DNA from: Microbotryum violaceum
Taxonomy: Eukaryota
Direction: 5' to 3'
DNA: 64,000 nt
Assembly: GCA_001244265.2 (NCBI GenBank)
Contig: LN717261.1
Span: 1 to 64,000 of the forward strand
Below are positions 59,151-64,000 of this stretch, one piece after another; the stretch's first letter is position 1, and each line of letters begins with the position of its first letter. The notes below the pieces were generated by a model. The model was given only the letters and a program-made list of their open reading frames with translations, had not been told where the DNA came from and did no database searches. The translations under genes and the position numbers were made by a program.

Positions 59151-60668
59151 CGATTGTATATTCCTGAATTGTTTCGAGGTGATAAGAGTGCACGCTAGCA
59201 GTACTCTTCTGCCGGTACTGGTGGTGTGAGAAGGACAGAGGCGGAGTGATGAGACGGATGATGGAGAAGAGCTGTTGGGCCGAATCATTCTTCGACCTTC
59301 GCAGCGCTGAGTCTGTTGCAATCCAACCCATATGGAGCACAAGGCGGACAGTGTCTTATATCAGTGAAACGAAAGACGTTGCTGGCATGCGTTTCCAGGT
59401 TTCTCACGGACGATTGTCGCACGGACGAGTGTCTCACCACGATGCCTCCTTAATGGTCTTGCACCCTGGCCGAAACGTTTACTCTTGATCTTAGATCCTC
59501 ACCGTCTCAAAATTCCCTTCCATGCCAATTTGCCAACCCGAAGGACACTGCTCAGCTTTGAACGGTCGGCCCACCTTAGGCGCGGGGTCTTGTCTTGATC
59601 CACCTAGCGCACCTCCTGTCCTGAGCGCGCTCACCGCGCGAGAGGTCGGGGAACGCGCAGCCGAGTCCCCCTTGCTATTTCGGGCCAGGGGATTCCTTCA
59701 TACGCATCTTGTCTTGATTTTCACTTTTAAGAAGACTCCAACGTGCGGTTTTTGGCTTTCATATCGTTCGACGAAGACGTCATTGGGTCAAACGCTGTCG
59801 AGCGAGGTCGAGCTGGCGGCGGCGTTCCTCGGCGTCCATTTGACGGACAGGTAGGCACCGGGAGAGTTGTGAGCGCCGAGCATTCGCAGTGATCCCTCCG
59901 GCAACATCAACAGAATAATTGAGCTTTTTAACGAGACTGGAGATTGGCTATGACGAAATATAAAGGAATCAATTGCAGGAGATCGCAGAGACGGAGGTGG
60001 CAGAGTAGATGACGGAGATTCGATAAATGGTACTAAGAATGTCGAGATTGAAAGTGTTTCGGCTCTACGACACTGACAAACTTCAGATCGCGTCACATTG
60101 TACGTCTTGGTTTCCTCAAACCACTAAAATCGCTCCGCTGTCATCGAGCTAGGCGGTCAAGTTGAGCTCTTCAAGAGGTTCGGTTTGAGCCGGTCGAATA
60201 CTTCCAGCCGGTTTGAGCTCTTCAACATTCAGCCAGCACTGCAATACGGCTTCAATCTTGGCCACCTTAGCGATGCGGTGTTTTTTGACGTGACTTGACC
60301 TCGCCGCCGCCGAGTTCTGCCGAGCCTGGCCGAATAATTCGCAGCTCGTCGCGTGCGCGTGTCGCACCACTGCACGTGCTGGCTCGCCGCACCTTGCCTC
60401 CTTTCCTGTCCCTACGTCCGCTCTCGAACCATGTCGGCGCCCTCGCCTTTGATCTCGCCTTCTCAAACGCCTCCACCACCGGGTGCGCAAGACCATGGTG
60501 TACGTTTCTCCACGCCTCCGCTGTACGTTCGCGCTCCAGCTCGCTCCAGCTCGCTTCCCTCCGCATTCGCTTTCGGCGCGTGCAATCCCATCCACGCCTG
60601 CACCAGACCAGCGTGACCAAGGGCCTTTGTAGACAGCGCTTTATCGGTCGAACGAGCATCCTGCTGAC

Positions 60669-61607
60669 ATGGACCCATTATGCTCCCCTTCCAGCCCTAG
60701 CCGATCACCTCATTTCGTCTCGCGAGCGGAAGCGATCAAGGGGCTCTCGAACCGCTTCGTCTTTTCATGGTTCTACATCTATCTCTACCTCGCCATGGCA
60801 TTCCTATCGTGTGTCCGCTGTAGGCCTCTTTCGGGTGCCGCAGAGGGATGCTGATCCCTTCTTCCTGCCCAACGTGTGGGGCTCGGACGTGCAGCCTGAC
60901 GACGGTCGTACTCTCGGTGCTGTCGGACTGTCCAACGTTCACCTTTTACATGCTCGAGATCATCATCAACACGACCATGATCGTCGAAGTCTCGATACGG
61001 CTCGTCGCGTTCGGCAAGGTAAAGTCTCGAGTTCCCAAGTTGCCCTCGCTTACGATGTCGCTCTGACACTGTTGCGGCATCGTTCCCATAGCAATTCTGG
61101 AAATCCTACTACAACACCTTGGATTTGATCATCACGATTTTATGCATGATCACCTTGGTCGTCATCTTCTTTTCCGGATGTTCGGCAAAAGGCGAAGAGG
61201 TATTTGATGTGTTCCTTCTCGTCGTGCGCAACTTGTTCCAATTCGGTCGATTGGCATTGGTGATGCGCAAGTGAGTCTCATCAACTGAGCGTATAACGTA
61301 TTCATCGCTGTGCGGTACCAACCCCTTCTTTTATTCAATGAACGTTGCAAACAGATCAGGAAAGAACGCCTTCACCCGACCTGCCCCAATAGACCTCTCC
61401 TCCGCGCGCAACTACTCCTTCTCCCTCGACCTCGACCTCGACGACGAAGAAGCCTTATCGACCGAACGACGTGCGTTAGGTGGCGATCTTGAAGCTGCTC
61501 GTATCAGTCGGACGATCGGAGCCGGCTTACAGGGGAGGAAGGGGGCTGCTGCTGGAGGGGGGGAGGATAGGCCTTTTACGTTGGATGATAGTGATGAGGA
61601 AGATTGA
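60669..61607 (+). CDS. Four-TM protein resembling an isolated ion-channel voltage-sensor domain (S1-S4), 4 exons
   Basis: Spliced product: FSWFYIYLYLAMAFLSLTTVVLSV / FYMLEIIINTTMIVEVSIRL / FWKSYYNTLDLIITILC / LLVVRNLFQFGRLALVMR, then an acidic tail. Canonical introns. Confidence 0.8.
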
Positions 61608-61838
61608 TATGATAATTCTCCTTCGAGCGGTTATACCAACTGTGTTGTAATTCTATCACACGAGTAAATTTTCATTCCAAATTTGGCGACGCAGCGCGGT
61701 CCGTGCGAGGGAGCGGACAAAGTGCGACCCACTGCAGTTGCGACACGTGCGAGCGGACGCGTCTAAAGTGGGGCGCCCTCTTCTTGAGTTCGTCTCTCCC
61801 GCAACTGCACTGTTGAACCCCACCTCCTAACACACACC

Positions 61839-62959
61839 ATGTCCACCACGCTCAGCGCGCATCCCAATCTAATAGGCCTCGGCCGTCCCCACTCGGGTCG
61901 AGGCACGTCCTCGTCCGGCCACCCACGCGAGTCGTCCGCCAGTTTCAAGTTGTTCGATCGTACGTTACGAATCAGCCAACCGTGTCTAGGGCTCCTCTAA
62001 ACAATCTTAGATGTTGTCAACTGTGTAGCTGCTCAAGTACAAGTCTTTAAAGAAGCCTTCTCGGTAAGCGGTTTGCCCATCCCCAGTCGAGTCCCTTTGA
62101 GCCCGGATCGCTCAACCTTCTACAACTCGCAACCCCACTTGGTACTGACCCTCCCTGCATCTCTCTCACCTTTCTCAGCTACTCGACACCAACTCGGACG
62201 GCTACATAACCCCCTCGGATCTCTCGACCCTTCTGACCCAACTCGGCCAACCGAATTCTGAAAAGTCGATCGCTCAACTTTTACACTCGACGGGTTTGGG
62301 CCGGGAGGAGATGATGGAGGCAAAGGACGGGGGGAAGGGGATCAACTTTACGAGTGAGTCTTTGTGTGGAGTGCGGGTGGTGTACGTTCGGAGGTGCGAG
62401 GATACTACTCTGGTATGATCTAATTCTCGTATTCTTTGACTGGCGCGATCGCGTTTCTTCAATTTTGGGCTCCTCTGCTACCGTCTAATCGCAGTGTTTG
62501 TGACGATGATGGTAAGAGCAAAGATTTTCTTCATCTTCGTCAATGAACCTCCTGCACATATTAAACTCCTCAACTTCTTTCGTTTATCCCTCAAAAAGGC
62601 CTCCCACCTCTCCCCTCTCTCTCCAACCTCGGAATTGAGCGAAGCTTTCTCCTCCTTCGACCCTACTCACTCGGGTCTCATCCGCGGCCGCGATTTGCAC
62701 GCCCTCAAAAAGTGTTTGAAGGACGAAGGGGATGGAATGAGTGAGCAAGAGGTAGGTCAGACCCCTTTGGTATGAATTCACAGGAAACGAGGGGGAGAAG
62801 AACGTAGCAGAATGGAAGCTAACTAAACGATCCGAACGGGGGGTATGCATCCAGATCGAACGTCTCTTCTCAGGTCCGTTCATGGATCGTGATGGCTCGT
62901 TCAGGTATCGCGATTTGTGTCAGACCTTGAGGGTTACCGATGGAGGGGATGATGAATAG
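61839..62959 (+). CDS. EF-hand protein, myosin regulatory light chain-like, multi-exon
   Basis: N-terminal extension, then QVQVFKEAFS|LLDTNSDGYIT, GINFT, ELSEAFSSFD, GDGMSEQE, and GSFRYRDLCQTLRV. Confidence 0.75.
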
Positions 62960-64000
62960 AAGGTGGCTTTATAGCTGGGAAGACCTTTTTCGGCGAGCCG
63001 TTTGGGTTCCGAGTCGTGGTGGAGCCCCATCTGATAGGTGCTCGCGTGTATTCTGTTTGGGTGGTCGTTCTTTCTTTTGTTGTTCGAATGTACAACTTTC
63101 ATCCTTCTCTACTTGTTCGACAGTTTTACGATTTCGGCCCTCGTAGGAAGCGCGATCAAAGGAGCCAAACCCTTCATCCGACAAGATGTGCATAACCTAG
63201 CGGGACAGGGCACTGATGAGGTAAGAAGCTTTGCTCCAGCTGAAGGACTCAACCCAGCGTGTACCACGCGCACCATTAAATATAAGAAAAGTCGGACGAT
63301 TGACGTCATTATCACCGCGCCGGAGTCCAGTTGCCGGTGAAGTGCCAGCCCCATTCAGCCAATTTGCGTCACTGTATCTGGGCCTCTTGAGGCTCGTAAC
63401 CGCGCCGCTTCGGAATATCTACAAGTCCTACTTTTCGGCTTTGAGCACGTTACAAAGGCAGTTTCGTATATCCGAGCCGTCGTGAGCCCAGTGTTGTTCT
63501 GGCGATCTCAGTGGGCATACAATTTAAAAGCCATGGGGGGCAAAGGGCACTCGATTCCGCCTTCCCACTGATCGATGAGAGGACCAGTCTATTCAGTGAA
63601 ACTCTGTAGTAACGCAAGGTGTTCTTTCTCCAGAAGATGAGTTAATATGTAAGATAGTCTGGGCGTGTGCTGTGTCTGAATGCGCGCCGAACGAAAGGTC
63701 CGATCCGCGACAATTGCAAGTTGAAAAGCCTGCGTTGACATTCACCTCGTCGGACCTTCCTTTCTCTGTCCCCCATCCCCCATCGATGTCTCCTCTAGAC
63801 CATGGATGTTCAAATCCTCCGAATCACCAAGATGCTCCACGCCTTACTCCCCCTCATGCTCAGAACCATTCTCGAGATCATTCAACTCGCCGCCCTTCCC
63901 ACCGCCGCCGTGATGCCACCCCTCGAGCGCCGGTCTAACGATGTAACGGTCGAGAAGTAAATTTTGCAGAGGAACGCCACTGCTGATGTGATTGTGGTGT

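Noticed and set aside
63000-64000. Gene at the window end
   Set aside because: Only a short Pro/His-rich ORF; insufficient evidence within the window.

Overview
Eukaryotic, intron-rich fungal DNA. Gene structure, transposon families and a TCG>TTG mutation bias suggest a Pucciniomycotina basidiomycete such as Microbotryum (inference). The first ~26 kb is repeat-dominated. It holds a 2.7-kb hairpin-containing 83/84-bp satellite with higher-order structure, a decayed Ty1/copia element, solo LTRs, and an L1/Tx1-like LINE that lost its endonuclease where an ORF-intact copia with non-matching flanks sits. The rest mixes housekeeping genes with transposon debris. Genes: RNR1, a Pex24/28/29-type peroxin, a long coiled-coil golgin-like gene, adenosine kinase, CBP80, a stand-alone voltage-sensor-like protein and an EF-hand light chain. 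Debris: an integrase-only chromovirus derivative, a gag-only remnant, a TIR element and poly(A) retroposon ends. Most notable are two spliced genes ~51 kb apart, which the ORF track shows only as fragments. They encode secreted proteins built from the same 8-Cys module (one copy vs two tandem copies) with matching intron positions, a candidate effector family. Gene models were spliced by hand and coordinates may be off by a few bases.
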